NCBI GenBank assembly: GCA_964057225.1
Contig: OZ059894.1
Location: 1,054,001-1,118,000, forward strand
Origin: Auanema rhodensis
Taxonomy: Eukaryota; Animalia; Nematoda
Length of the DNA stretch: 64,000 nt
Direction of reading: 5' to 3'
Within the stretch, counting starts at the first letter, position 1, and the number at the start of each line of letters is the position of its first letter. The translations under genes were made by a program, and so were the position numbers. This document shows positions 42,801 through 58,400 of this stretch, piece after piece. The notes under the pieces are model-generated. The model ran no database searches, was not told the DNA's origin, and saw nothing but the letters and a program-made list of their open reading frames with translations.

Positions 42801-43299
42801 TATGTTGAGTTTCCATGTACACTCAACATTGCTTCCAAAAACATTTTGACAAAAATTTTTTCAAAAAATTTCAAAATAATTTAGCAAAAAGTAGATGTTT
42901 TTAGGTTCCTTTTTTCAAGGCAAAGACGATGGACAATGTTTTTCAACGAAAAAATTAATTCTTCAGGGTGAAAATCGAGGATATAAGTGTGAACTTATAT
43001 CAGTTGATATCTCGGTGCATTTTTAAGCTAGCGCAAATCTGATAACAAAGATCGACGCAGCTTAAAAATCCGCATCGAATGCACTATACTACATTGAGAA
43101 ACGCTTAATACAAAAATTAGTTATGATCGTTTGAAAAATGATGCATTAGTGTATGTTGAGTTTCCATGTACACTCAACATTGCTTCCAAAAACATTTTGA
43201 CAAAAATTTTTTCAAAAAATTTCAAAATAATTTAGCAAAAAGTAGATGTTTTTAGGTTCCTTTTTTCAAGGCAAAGACGATGGACAATGTTTTTCAACG

Positions 43300-46200
43300 A
43301 AAAAATTAATTCTTCAGGGTGAAAATCGAGGATATAAATGTGAACTTATATCAGTTGATATCTCGGTGCATTTTTAAGCTAGCGCAAATCTGATAACAAA
43401 GATCGACGCAGCTTAAAAATCCGCATCGAATGCACTATACTACATTGAGAAACGCTTAATACAAAAATTAGTTATGATCGTTTGAAAAATGATGCATTAG
43501 TGTATGTTGAGTTTCCATGTACACTCAACATTGCTTCCAAAAACATTTTGACAAAAATTTTTTCAAAAAATTTCAAAATAATTTAGCAAAAAGTAGATGT
43601 TTTTAGGTTCCTTTTTTCAAGGCAAAGACGATGGACAATGTTTTTCAACGAAAAAATTAATTCTTCAGGGTGAAAATCGAGGATATAAATGTGAACTTAT
43701 ATCAGTTGATATCTCGGTGCATTTTTAAGCTAGCGCAAATCTGATAACAAAGATCGACGCAGCTTAAAAATCCGCATCGAATGCACTATACTACATTGAG
43801 AAACGCTTAATACAAAAATTAGTTATGATCGTTTGAAAAATGATGCATTAGTGTATGTTGAGTTTCCATGTACACTCAACATTGCTTCCAAAAACATTTT
43901 GACAAAAATTTTTTCAAAAAATTTCAAAATAATTTAGCAAAAAGTAGATGTTTTTAGGTTCCTTTTTTCAAGGCAAAGACGATGGACAATGTTTTTCAAC
44001 GAAAAAATTAATTCTTCAGGGTGAAAATCGAGGATATAAATGTGAACTTATATCAGTTGATATCTCGGTGCATTTTTAAGCTAGCGCAAATCTGATAACA
44101 CGGATCGACGCAGCTTAAAAATCCGCATCGAATGCACTATACTACATTGAGAAATGCTTAATACAAAAATTAGTTATGATCGTTTGAAAAATGATGCATT
44201 AGTGTATGTTGAGTTTCCATGTACACTCAACATTGCTTCCAAAAACATTTTGACGAAAATTTTTTCAACAAATTTCAAAATAATTTAGCAAAAAGTAGAT
44301 GTTTTTAGATTCCTTTTTTCAAGGCAAACACGATGGACATTGTTTTTCAACGAAAAAATTAATTCTTCAGGGTGAAAATCGAGGATATAAGTGTGAACTT
44401 ATATCAGTTGATATCTCGGTGCATTTTTAAGCTAGCGCAAATCTGATAACAAAGATCGACGCAGCTTAAAAATCCGCATTGAATGCACTATACTACATTG
44501 AGAAACGCTCAATACAAAAATTAGTTATGATCGTTTGAAAAATGATGCATTAGTGTATGTTGAGTTTCCATGTACACTCAACATTGCTTCCAAAAACATT
44601 TTGACAAAAATTTTTTCGAAAATATTCAAAATAATTTAGCAAAAAGTAGATGTTTTTAGATTCCTTTTTTCAAGGCAAACACGATGGACAATGTTTTTCA
44701 ACGAAAAAATTAATTCTTCAGGGTGAAAATCGAGGATATAAGTGTGAACTTATATCAGTTGATATCTCGGTGCATTTTTAAGCTAGCGCAAATCTGATAA
44801 CACAGATCGACGCAGCTTAAAAATCCGCATCGAATGCACTATACTACATTGAGAAAGGCTTAATACAAAAATTAGTTATGATCGTTTGAAAAATGATGCA
44901 TTAGTGTATGTTGAGTTTCCATGTACACTCAACATTGCTTCCAAAAACATTTTGACAAAAATGTTTTCGAAAAATTTCAAAATAATTTAGCAAAAAGTAG
45001 ATGTTTTTAGATTCCTTTTTTCAAGGCAAAGACGATGGACAATGTTTTTCAACGAAAAAATTAATTCTTCAGGGTGAAAATCGAGGATATAAATGTGAAC
45101 TTATATCAGTTGATATCTCGGTGCATTTTTAAGCTAGCGCAAATCTGATAACACGGATCGACGCAGCTTAAAAATCCGCATCGAATGCACTATACTACAT
45201 TGAGAAACGCTTAATACAAAATTAGTTATGATCGTTTGAAAAATGATGCATTAGTGTATGTTGAGTTTCCATGTACACTCAACATTGCTTCCAAAAACAT
45301 TTTGACAAAAATTTTTTCGAAAATATTCAAAATAATTTAGCAAAAAGTAGATGTTTTTAGATTCCTTTTTTCAAGGCGAACACGATGGACAATGTTTTTC
45401 AACGAAAAAATTAATTCTTCAGGGTGAAAATCGAGGATATAAGTGTGAACTTATATCAGTTGATATCTCGGTGCATTTTTAAGCTAGCGCAAATCTGATA
45501 ACACAGATCGACGCAGCTTAACAATCCGCATCGAATGCACTATACTACATTGAGAAAGGCTTAATACAAAAATTAGTTATGATCGTTTGAAAAATGATGC
45601 ATTAGTGTATGTTGAGTTTCCATGTACACTCAACATTGCTTCCAAAAACATTTTGACAAAAATTTTTTCGAAAATATTCAAAATAATTTAGCAAAAAGTA
45701 GATGTTTTTAGATTCCTTTTTTCAAGGCAAACACGATGGACAATGTTTTTCAACGAAAAAATTAATTCTTCAGGGTGAAAATCGAGGATATAAGTGTGAA
45801 CTTATATCAGTTGATATCTCGGTGCATTTTTAAGCTAGCGCAAATCTGATAACAAAGATCGACGCAGCTTAAAAATCCGCATTGAATGCACTATACTACA
45901 TTGAGAAACGCTCAATACAAAAATTAGTTATGATCGTTTGAAAAATGATGCATTAGTGTATGTTGAGTTTCCATGTACACTCAACATTGCTTCCAAAAAC
46001 ATTTTGACAAAAATTTTTTCAAAAAATTTCAAAATAATTTAGCAAAAAGTAGATGTTTTTAGGTTTCTTTTTTCAAGGCAAAGACGATGGACAATGTTTT
46101 TCAACGAAAAAATTAATTCTTCAGGGTGAAAATCGAGGATATAAGTGTGAACTTATATCAGTTGATATCTCGGTGCATTTTTAAGCTAGCGCAAATCTGA

Positions 46201-48600
46201 TAACAAAGATCGACGCAGCTTAAAAATCCGCATCGAATGCACTATACTACATTGAGAAACGCTTAATACAAAAATTAGTTATGATCGTTTGAAAAATGAT
46301 GCATTAGTGTATGTTGAGTTTCCATGTACACTCAACATTGCTTCCAAAAACATTTTGACAAAAATTTTTTCAAAAAATTTCAAAATAATTTAGCAAAAAG
46401 TAGATGTTTTTAGGTTCCTTTTTTCAAGGCAAAGACGATGGACAATGTTTTTCAACGAAAAAATTAATTCTTCAGGGTGAAAATCGAGGATATAAATGTG
46501 AACTTATATCAGTTGATATCTCGGTGCATTTTTAAGCTAGCGCAAATCTGATAACAAAGATCGACGCAGCTTAAAAATCCGCATCGAATGCACTATACTA
46601 CATTGAGAAACGCTTAATACAAAAATTAGTTATGATCGTTTGAAAAATGATGCATTAGTGTATGTTGAGTTTCCATGTACACTCAACATTGCTTCCAAAA
46701 ACATTTTGACAAAAATTTTTTCAAAAAATTTCAAAATAATTTAGCAAAAAGTAGATGTTTTTAGGTTCCTTTTTTCAAGGCAAAGACGATGGACAATGTT
46801 TTTCAACGAAAAAATTAATTCTTCAGGGTGAAAATCGAGGATATAAATGTGAACTTATATCAGTTGATATCTCGGTGCATTTTTAAGCTAGCGCAAATCT
46901 GATAACACGGATCGACGCAGCTTAAAAATCCGCATCGAATGCACTATACTACATTGAGAAATGCTTAATACAAAAATTAGTTATGATCGTTTGAAAAATG
47001 ATGCATTAGTGTATGTTGAGTTTCCATGTACACTCAACATTGCTTCCAAAAACATTTTGACGAAAATTTTTTCAACAAATTTCAAAATAATTTAGCAAAA
47101 AGTAGATGTTTTTAGATTCCTTTTTTCAAGGCAAACACGATGGACATTGTTTTTCAACGAAAAAATTAATTCTTCAGGGTGAAAATCGAGGATATAAGTG
47201 TGAACTTATATCAGTTGATATCTCGGTGCATTTTTAAGCTAGCGCAAATCTGATAACAAAGATCGACGCAGCTTAAAAATCCGCATTGAATGCACTATAC
47301 TACATTGAGAAACGCTCAATACAAAAATTAGTTATGATCGTTTGAAAAATGATGCATTAGTGTATGTTGAGTTTCCATGTACACTCAACATTGCTTCCAA
47401 AAACATTTTGACAAAAATTTTTTCGAAAATATTCAAAATAATTTAGCAAAAAGTAGATGTTTTTAGATTCCTTTTTTCAAGGCAAACACGATGGACAATG
47501 TTTTTCAACGAAAAAATTAATTCTTCAGGGTGAAAATCGAGGATATAAGTGTGAACTTATATCAGTTGATATCTCGGTGCATTTTTAAGCTAGCGCAAAT
47601 CTGATAACACAGATCGACGCAGCTTAAAAATCCGCATCGAATGCACTATACTACATTGAGAAAGGCTTAATACAAAAATTAGTTATGATCGTTTGAAAAA
47701 TGATGCATTAGTGTATGTTGAGTTTCCATGTACACTCAACATTGCTTCCAAAAACATTTTGACAAAAATGTTTTCGAAAAATTTCAAAATAATTTAGCAA
47801 AAAGTAGATGTTTTTAGATTCCTTTTTTCAAGGCAAAGACGATGGACAATGTTTTTCAACGAAAAAATTAATTCTTCAGGGTGAAAATCGAGGATATAAA
47901 TGTGAACTTATATCAGTTGATATCTCGGTGCATTTTTAAGCTAGCGCAAATCTGATAACACGGATCGACGCAGCTTAAAAATCCGCATCGAATGCACTAT
48001 ACTACATTGAGAAACGCTTAATACAAAATTAGTTATGATCGTTTGAAAAATGATGCATTAGTGTATGTTGAGTTTCCATGTACACTCAACATTGCTTCCA
48101 AAAACATTTTGACAAAAATTTTTTCGAAAATATTCAAAATAATTTAGCAAAAAGTAGATGTTTTTAGATTCCTTTTTTCAAGGCAAACACGATGGACAAT
48201 GTTTTTCAACGAAAAAATTAATTCTTCAGGGTGAAAATCGAGGATATAAGTGTGAACTTATATCAGTTGATATCTCGGTGCATTTTTAAGCTAGCGCAAA
48301 TCTGATAACACAGATCGACGCAGCTTAAAAATCCGCATCGAATGCACTATACTACATTGAGAAAGGCTTAATACAAAAATTAGTTATGATCGTTTGAAAA
48401 ATGATGCATTAGTGTATGTTGAGTTTCCATGTACACTCAACATTGCTTCCAAAAACATTTTGACAAAAATTTTTTCGAAAATATTCAAAATAATTTAGCA
48501 AAAAGTAGATGTTTTTAGATTCCTTTTTTCAAGGCAAACACGATGGACAATGTTTTTCAACGAAAAAATTAATTCTTCAGGGTGAAAATCGAGGATATAA
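43300..48600 (+). repeat. Approximately 8-monomer duplication (2807 bp); boundaries approximate
   Basis: TCAACAAAT 44269/47076, GAAAGGCTT 44857/47664, and 350-bp monomers with AAAATGTTTT starting at 44925/47732. Confidence 0.82.
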
Positions 48601-49484
48601 ATGTGAACTTATATCAGTTGATATCTCGGTGCATTTTTAAGCTAGCGCAAATCTGATAACACGGATCGACGCAGCTTAAAAATCCGCATCGAATGCACTA
48701 TACTACATTGAGAAACGCTTAATACAAAAATTAGTTATGATCGTTTGAAAAATGATGCATTAGTGTATGTTGAGTTTCCATGTACACTCAACATTGCTTC
48801 CAAAAACATTTTGACGAAAATTTTTTCAAAAAATTTCAAAATAATTTAGCAAAAAGTAGATGTTTTTAGATTCCTTTTTTCAAGGCAAACACGATGGACA
48901 ATGTTTTTCAACGAAAAAATTAATTCTTCAGGGTGAAAATCGAGGATATAAATGTGAACTTATATCAGTTGATATCTCGGTGCATTTTTAAGCTAGCGCA
49001 AATCTGATAACACGGATCGACGCAGCTTAAAAATCCGCATCGAATGCACTATACTACATTGAGAAACGCTTAATACAAAAATTAGTTATGATCGTTTGAA
49101 AAATGATGCATTAGTGTATGTTGAGTTTCCATGTACACTCAACATTGCTTCCAAAAACATTTTGACGAAAATTTTTTCAAAAAATTTCAAAATAATTTAG
49201 CAAAAAGTAGATGTTTTTAGATTCCTTTTTTCAAGGCAAAGACGATGGACAATGTTTTTCAACGAAAAAATTAATTCTTCAGGGTGAAAATCGAGGATAA
49301 AAATGTGAACTTATATCAGTTGATATCTCGGTGCATTTTTAAGCTAGCGCAAATCTGATAACACGGATCGACGCAGCTTAAAAATCCGCATCGAATGCAC
49401 TATACTACATTGAGAAACGCTTAATACAAAATTAGTTATGATCGTTTGAAAAATGATGCATTAGTGTATGTTGAGTTTCCATGT

Positions 49485-52400
49485 ACACTCAACATTGCTT
49501 CCAAAAACATTTTGACAAAAATTTTTTCGAAAATATTCAAAATAATTTAGCAAAAAGTAGATGTTTTTAGATTCCTTTTTTCAAGGCAAACACGATGGAC
49601 AATGTTTTTCAACGAAAAAATTAATTCTTCAGGGTGAAAATCGAGGATATAAGTGTGAACTTATATCAGTTGATATCTCGGTGCATTTTTAAGCTAGCGC
49701 AAATCTGATAACACAGATCGACGCAGCTTAAAAATCCGCATCGAATGCACTATACTACATTGAGAAAGGCTTAATACAAAAATTAGTTATGATCGTTTGA
49801 AAAATGATGCATTAGTGTATGTTGAGTTTCCATGTACACTCAACATTGCTTCCAAAAACATTTTGACAAAAATTTTTTCGAAAATATTCAAAATAATTTA
49901 GCAAAAAGTAGATGTTTTTAGATTCCTTTTTTCAAGGCAAACACGATGGACAATGTTTTTCAACGAAAAAATTAATTCTTCAGGGTGAAAATCGAGGATA
50001 TAAATGTGAACTTATATCAGTTGATATCTCGGTGCATTTTTAAGCTAGCGCAAATCTGATAACACGGATCGACGCAGCTTAAAAATCCGCATTGAATGCA
50101 CTATACTACATTGAGAAACGCTTAATACAAAAATTAGTTATGATCGTTTGAAAAATGATGCATTAGTGTATGTTGAGTTTCCATGTACACTCAACATTGC
50201 TTCCAAAAACATTTTGACGAAAATTTTTTCAAAAAATTTCAAAATAATTTAGCAAAAAGTAGATGTTTTTAGATTCCTTTTTTCAAGGCAAACACGATGG
50301 ACATTGTTTTTCAACGAAAAAATTAATTCTTCAGGGTGAAAATCGAGGATATAAGTGTGAACTTATATCAGTTGATATCTCGGTGCATTTTTAAGCTAGC
50401 GCAAATCTGATAACAAAGATCGACGCAGCTTGAAAATCCGCATTGAATGCACTATACTACATTGAGAAACGCTCAATACAAAAATTAGTTATGATCGTTT
50501 GAAAAATGATGCATTAGTGTATGTTGAGTTTCCATGTACACTCAACATTGCTTCCAAAAACATTTTGACAAAAATTTTTTCAAAAAATTTCAAAATAATT
50601 TAGCAAAAAGTAGATGTTTTTAGATTCCTTTTTTCAAGGCAAAGACGATGGACAATGTTTTTCAACGAAAAAATTAATTCTTCAGGGTGAAAATCGAGGA
50701 TATAAATGTGAACTTATATCAGTTGATATCTCGGTGCATTTTTAAGCTAGCGCAAATCTGATAACACGGATCGACGCAGCTTAAAAATCCGCATCGAATG
50801 CACTATACTACATTGAGAAACGCTTAATACAAAAATTAGTTATGATCGTTTGAAAAATGATGCATTAGTGTATGTTGAGTTTCCATGTACACTCAACATT
50901 GCTTCCAAAAACATTTTGACGAAAATTTTTTCAAAAAATTTCAAAATAATTTAGCAAAAAGTAGATGTTTTTAGATTCCTTTTTTCAAGGCAAACACGAT
51001 GGACATTGTTTTTCAACGAAAAAATTAATTCTTCAGGGTGAAAATCGAGGATATAAATGTGAACTTATATCAGTTGATATCTCGGTGCATTTTTAAGCTA
51101 GCGCAAATCTGATAACACGGATCGACGCAGCTTAAAAATCCGCATCGAATGCACTATACTACATTGAGAAACGCTTAATACAAAAATTAGTTATGATCGT
51201 TTGAAAAATGATGCATTAGTGTATGTTGAGTTTCCATGTACACTCAACATTGCTTCCAAAAACATTTTGACGAAAATTTTTTCAAAAAATTTCAAAATAA
51301 TTTAGCAAAAAGTAGATGTTTTTAGATTCCTTTTTTCAAGGCAAACACGATGGACATTGTTTTTCAACGAAAAAATTAATTCTTCAGGGTGAAAATCGAG
51401 GATATAAGTGTGAACTTATATCAGTTGATATCTCGGTGCATTTTTAAGCTAGCGCAAATCTGATAACAAAGATCGACGCAGCTTAAAAATCCGCATTGAA
51501 TGCACTATACTACATTGAGAAACGCTCAATACAAAAATTAGTTATGATCGTTTGAAAAATGATGCATTAGTGTATGTTGAGTTTCCATGTACACTCAACA
51601 TTGCTTCCAAAAACATTTTGACAAAAATTTTTTCGAAAATATTCAAAATAATTTAGCAAAAAGTAGATGTTTTTAGATTCCTTTTTTCAAGGCAAACACG
51701 ATGGACAATGTTTTTCAACGAAAAAATTAATTCTTCAGGGTGAAAATCGAGGATATAAGTGTGAACTTATATTAGTTGATATCTCGGTGCATTTTTAAGC
51801 TAGCGCAAATCTGATAACAAAGATCGACGCAGCTTAAAAATCCGCATCGAATGCACTATACTACATTAAGAAATGCTTAATACAAAAATTAGTTATGATC
51901 GTTTGAAAAATGATGCATTAGTGTATGTTGAGTTTCCATGTACACTCAACATTGCTTCCAAAAACATTTTGACAAAAATTTTTTCAAAAAATTTCAAAAT
52001 AATTTAGCAAAAAGTAGATGTTTTTAGGTTCCTTTTTTCAAGGCAAAGACGATGGACAATGTTTTTCAACGAAAAAATTAATTCTTCAGGGTGAAAATCG
52101 AGGATATAAATGTGAACTTATATCAGTTGATATCTCGGTGCATTTTTAAGCTAGCGCAAATCTGATAACACGGATCGACGCAGCTTAAAAATCCGCATCG
52201 AATGCACTATACTACATTAAGAAATGCTTAATACAAAAATTAGTTATGATCGTTTGAAAAATGATGCATTAGTGTATGTTGAGTTTCCATGTACACTCAA
52301 CATTGCTTCCAAAAACATTTTGACGAAAATTTTTTCAAAAAATTTCAAAATAATTCAGCAAAAAGTAGATGTTTTTAGATTCCTTTTTTCAAGGCAAACA

Positions 52401-55400
52401 CGATGGACATTGTTTTTCAACGAAAAAATTAATTCTTCAGGGTGAAAATCGAGGATATAAATGTGAACTTATATCAGTTGATATCTCGGTGCATTTTTAA
52501 GCTAGCGCAAATCTGATAACACGGATCGACGCAGCTTAAAAATCCGCATCGAATGCACTATACTACATTGAGAAATGCTTAATACAAAAATTAGTTATGA
52601 TCGTTTGAAAAATGATGCATTAGTGTATGTTGAGTTTCCATGTACACTCAACATTGCTTCCAAAAACATTTTGACGAAAATTTTTTCAACAAATTTCAAA
52701 ATAATTTAGCAAAAAGTAGATGTTTTTAGATTCCTTTTTTCAAGGCAAACACGATGGACATTGTTTTTCAACGAAAAAATTAATTCTTCAGGGTGAAAAT
52801 CGAGGATATAAGTGTGAACTTATATCAGTTGATATCTCGGTGCATTTTTAAGCTAGCGCAAATCTGATAACAAAGATCGACGCAGCTTAAAAATCCGCAT
52901 TGAATGCACTATACTACATTGAGAAACGCTCAATACAAAAATTAGTTATGATCGTTTGAAAAATGATGCATTAGTGTATGTTGAGTTTCCATGTACACTC
53001 AACATTGCTTCCAAAAACATTTTGACAAAAATTTTTTCGAAAATATTCAAAATAATTTAGCAAAAAGTAGATGTTTTTAGATTCCTTTTTTCAAGGCAAA
53101 CACGATGGACAATGTTTTTCAACGAAAAAATTAATTCTTCAGGGTGAAAATCGAGGATATAAGTGTGAACTTATATCAGTTGATATCTCGGTGCATTTTT
53201 AAGCTAGCGCAAATCTGATAACACAGATCGACGCAGCTTAAAAATCCGCATCGAATGCACTATACTACATTGAGAAAGGCTTAATACAAAAATTAGTTAT
53301 GATCGTTTGAAAAATGATGCATTAGTGTATGTTGAGTTTCCATGTACACTCAACATTGCTTCCAAAAACATTTTGACAAAAATGTTTTCGAAAAATTTCA
53401 AAATAATTTAGCAAAAAGTAGATGTTTTTAGATTCCTTTTTTCAAGGCAAAGACGATGGACAATGTTTTTCAACGAAAAAATTAATTCTTCAGGGTGAAA
53501 ATCGAGGATATAAATGTGAACTTATATCAGTTGATATCTCGGTGCATTTTTAAGCTAGCGCAAATCTGATAACACGGATCGACGCAGCTTAAAAATCCGC
53601 ATCGAATGCACTATACTACATTGAGAAACGCTTAATACAAAATTAGTTATGATCGTTTGAAAAATGATGCATTAGTGTATGTTGAGTTTCCATGTACACT
53701 CAACATTGCTTCCAAAAACATTTTGACGAAAATTTTTTCAACAAATTTCAAAATAATTTAGCAAAAAGTAGATGTTTTTAGATTCCTTTTTTCAAGGCAA
53801 ACACGATGGACATTGTTTTTCAACGAAAAAATTAATTCTTCAGGGTGAAAATCGAGGATATAAGTGTGAACTTATATCAGTTGATATCTCGGTGCATTTT
53901 TAAGCTAGCGCAAATCTGATAACAAAGATCGACGCAGCTTAAAAATCCGCATTGAATGCACTATACTACATTGAGAAACGCTCAATACAAAAATTAGTTA
54001 TGATCGTTTGAAAAATGATGCATTAGTGTATGTTGAGTTTCCATGTACACTCAACATTGCTTCCAAAAACATTTTGACAAAAATTTTTTCGAAAATATTC
54101 AAAATAATTTAGCAAAAAGTAGATGTTTTTAGATTCCTTTTTTCAAGGCAAACACGATGGACAATGTTTTTCAACGAAAAAATTAATTCTTCAGGGTGAA
54201 AATCGAGGATATAAGTGTGAACTTATATCAGTTGATATCTCGGTGCATTTTTAAGCTAGCGCAAATCTGATAACACAGATCGACGCAGCTTAAAAATCCG
54301 CATCGAATGCACTATACTACATTGAGAAACGCTCAATACAAAAATTAGTTATGATCGTTTGAAAAATGATGCATTAGTGTATGTTGAGTTTCCATGTACA
54401 CTCAACATTGCTTCCAAAAACATTTTGACGAAAATTTTTTCAAAAAATTTCAAAATAATTTAGCAAAAAGTAGATGTTTTTAGATTCCTTTTTTCAAGGC
54501 AAACACGATGGACATTGTTTTTCAACGAAAAAATTAATTCTTCAGGGTGAAAATCGAGGATATAAGTGTGAACTTATATCAGTTGATATCTCGGTGCATT
54601 TTTAAGCTAGCGCAAATCTGATAACAAAGATCGACGCAGCTTAAAAATCCGCATTGAATGCACTATACTACATTGAGAAACGCTCAATACAAAAATTAGT
54701 TATGATCGTTTGAAAAATGATGCATTAGTGTATGTTGAGTTTCCATGTACACTCAACATTGCTTCCAAAAACATTTTGACAAAAATTTTTTCGAAAATAT
54801 TCAAAATAATTTAGCAAAAAGTAGATGTTTTTAGATTCCTTTTTTCAAGGCAAAGACGATGGACAATGTTTTTCAACGAAAAAATTAATTCTTCAGGGTG
54901 AAAATCGAGGATATAAATGTGAACTTATATCAGTTGATATCTCGGTGCATTTTTAAGCTAGCGCAAATCTGATAACACGGATCGACGCAGCTTAAAAATC
55001 CGCATCGAATGCACTATACTACATTGAGAAACGCTTAATACAAAATTAGTTATGATCGTTTGAAAAATGATGCATTAGTGTATGTTGAGTTTCCATGTAC
55101 ACTCAACATTGCTTCCAAAAACATTTTGACAAAAATTTTTTCGAAAATATTCAAAATAATTTAGCAAAAAGTAGATGTTTTTAGATTCCTTTTTTCAAGG
55201 CAAACACGATGGACAATGTTTTTCAACGAAAAAATTAATTCTTCAGGGTGAAAATCGAGGATATAAGTGTGAACTTATATCAGTTGATATCTCGGTGCAT
55301 TTTTAAGCTAGCGCAAATCTGATAACACAGATCGACGCAGCTTAAAAATCCGCATCGAATGCACTATACTACATTGAGAAAGGCTTAATACAAAAATTAG

Positions 55401-58400
55401 TTATGATCGTTTGAAAAATGATGCATTAGTGTATGTTGAGTTTCCATGTACACTCAACATTGCTTCCAAAAACATTTTGACAAAAATTTTTTCGAAAATA
55501 TTCAAAATAATTTAGCAAAAAGTAGATGTTTTTAGATTCCTTTTTTCAAGGCAAACACGATGGACAATGTTTTTCAACGAAAAAATTAATTCTTCAGGGT
55601 GAAAATCGAGGATATAAATGTGAACTTATATCAGTTGATATCTCGGTGCATTTTTAAGCTAGCGCAAATCTGATAACACGGATCGACGCAGCTTAAAAAT
55701 CCGCATCGAATGCACTATACTACATTGAGAAACGCTTAATACAAAAATTAGTTATGATCGTTTGAAAAATGATGCATTAGTGTATGTTGAGTTTCCATGT
55801 ACACTCAACATTGCTTCCAAAAACATTTTGACGAAAATTTTTTCAAAAAATTTCAAAATAATTTAGCAAAAAGTAGATGTTTTTAGATTCCTTTTTTCAA
55901 GGCAAACACGATGGACATTGTTTTTCAACGAAAAAATTGATTCTTCAGGGTGAAAATCGAGGATATAAGTGTGAACTTATATCAGTTGATATCTCGGTGC
56001 ATTTTTAAGCTAGCGCAAATCTGATAACAAAGATCGACGCAGCTTGAAAATCCGCATTGAATGCACTATACTACATTGAGAAACGCTCAATACAAAAATT
56101 AGTTATGATCGTTTGAAAAATGATGCATTAGTGTATGTTGAGTTTCCATGTACACTCAACATTGCTTCCAAAAACATTTTGACAAAAATTTTTTCAAAAA
56201 ATTTCAAAATAATTTAGCAAAAAGTAGATGTTTTTAGATTCCTTTTTTCAAGGCAAAGACGATGGACAATGTTTTTCAACGAAAAAATTAATTCTTCAGG
56301 GTGAAAATCGAGGATATAAATGTGAACTTATATCAGTTGATATCTCGGTGCATTTTTAAGCTAGCGCAAATCTGATAACACGGATCGACGCAGCTTAAAA
56401 ATCCGCATCGAATGCACTATACTACATTGAGAAACGCTTAATACAAAAATTAGTTATGATCGTTTGAAAAATGATGCATTAGTGTATGTTGAGTTTCCAT
56501 GTACACTCAACATTGCTTCCAAAAACATTTTGACGAAAATTTTTTCAAAAAATTTCAAAATAATTTAGCAAAAAGTAGATGTTTTTAGATTCCTTTTTTC
56601 AAGGCAAACACGATGGACATTGTTTTTCAACGAAAAAATTAATTCTTCAGGGTGAAAATCGAGGATATAAGTGTGAACTTATATCAGTTGATATCTCGGT
56701 GCATTTTTAAGCTAGCGCAAATCTGATAACAAAGATCGACGCAGCTTAAAAATCCGCATTGAATGCACTATACTACATTGAGAAACGCTCAATACAAAAA
56801 TTAGTTATGATCGTTTGAAAAATGATGCATTAGTGTATGTTGAGTTTCCATGTACACTCAACATTGCTTCCAAAAACATTTTGACAAAAATTTTTTCGAA
56901 AATATTCAAAATAATTTAGCAAAAAGTAGATGTTTTTAGATTCCTTTTTTCAAGGCAAACACGATGGACAATGTTTTTCAACGAAAAAATTAATTCTTCA
57001 GGGTGAAAATCGAGGATATAAGTGTGAACTTATATTAGTTGATATCTCGGTGCATTTTTAAGCTAGCGCAAATCTGATAACAAAGATCGACGCAGCTTAA
57101 AAATCCGCATCGAATGCACTATACTACATTGAGAAACGCTTAATACAAAAATTAGTTATGATCGTTTGAAAAATGATGCATTAGTGTATGTTGAGTTTCC
57201 ATGTACACTCAACATTGCTTCCAAAAACATTTTGACAAAAATTTTTTCAAAAAATTTCAAAATAATTTAGCAAAAAGTAGATGTTTTTAGGTTCCTTTTT
57301 TCAAGGCAAAGACGATGGACAATGTTTTTCAACGAAAAAATTAATTCTTCAGGGTGAAAATCGAGGATATAAATGTGAACTTATATCAGTTGATATCTCG
57401 GTGCATTTTTAAGCTAGCGCAAATCTGATAACACGGATCGACGCAGCTTAAAAATCCGCATCGAATGCACTATACTACATTAAGAAATGCTTAATACAAA
57501 AATTAGTTATGATCGTTTGAAAAATGATGCATTAGTGTATGTTGAGTTTCCATGTACACTCAACATTGCTTCCAAAAACATTTTGACGAAAATTTTTTCA
57601 AAAAATTTCAAAATAATTTAGCAAAAAGTAGATGTTTTTAGATTCCTTTTTTCAAGGCAAACACGATGGACATTGTTTTTCAACGAAAAAATTAATTCTT
57701 CAGGGTGAAAATCGAGGATATAAATGTGAACTTATATCAGTTGATATCTCGGTGCATTTTTAAGCTAGCGCAAATCTGATAACACGGATCGACGCAGCTT
57801 AAAAATCCGCATCGAATGCACTATACTACATTGAGAAATGCTTAATACAAAAATTAGTTATGATCGTTTGAAAAATGATGCATTAGTGTATGTTGAGTTT
57901 CCATGTACACTCAACATTGCTTCCAAAAACATTTTGACGAAAATTTTTTCAACAAATTTCAAAATAATTTAGCAAAAAGTAGATGTTTTTAGATTCCTTT
58001 TTTCAAGGCAAACACGATGGACATTGTTTTTCAACGAAAAAATTAATTCTTCAGGGTGAAAATCGAGGATATAAGTGTGAACTTATATCAGTTGATATCT
58101 CGGTGCATTTTTAAGCTAGCGCAAATCTGATAACAAAGATCGACGCAGCTTAAAAATCCGCATTGAATGCACTATACTACATTGAGAAACGCTCAATACA
58201 AAAATTAGTTATGATCGTTTGAAAAATGATGCATTAGTGTATGTTGAGTTTCCATGTACACTCAACATTGCTTCCAAAAACATTTTGACAAAAATTTTTT
58301 CGAAAATATTCAAAATAATTTAGCAAAAAGTAGATGTTTTTAGATTCCTTTTTTCAAGGCAAACACGATGGACAATGTTTTTCAACGAAAAAATTAATTC

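Noticed and set aside
52224-52445. 73-aa ORF from the ORF track
   Set aside because: It lies wholly in satellite sequence. It exists only because ACG>ATG (52225) creates a start and a private TAG>CAG (52356) removes the usual stop. The paralogous monomer at 57556 retains TAG. There is no recognisable domain.
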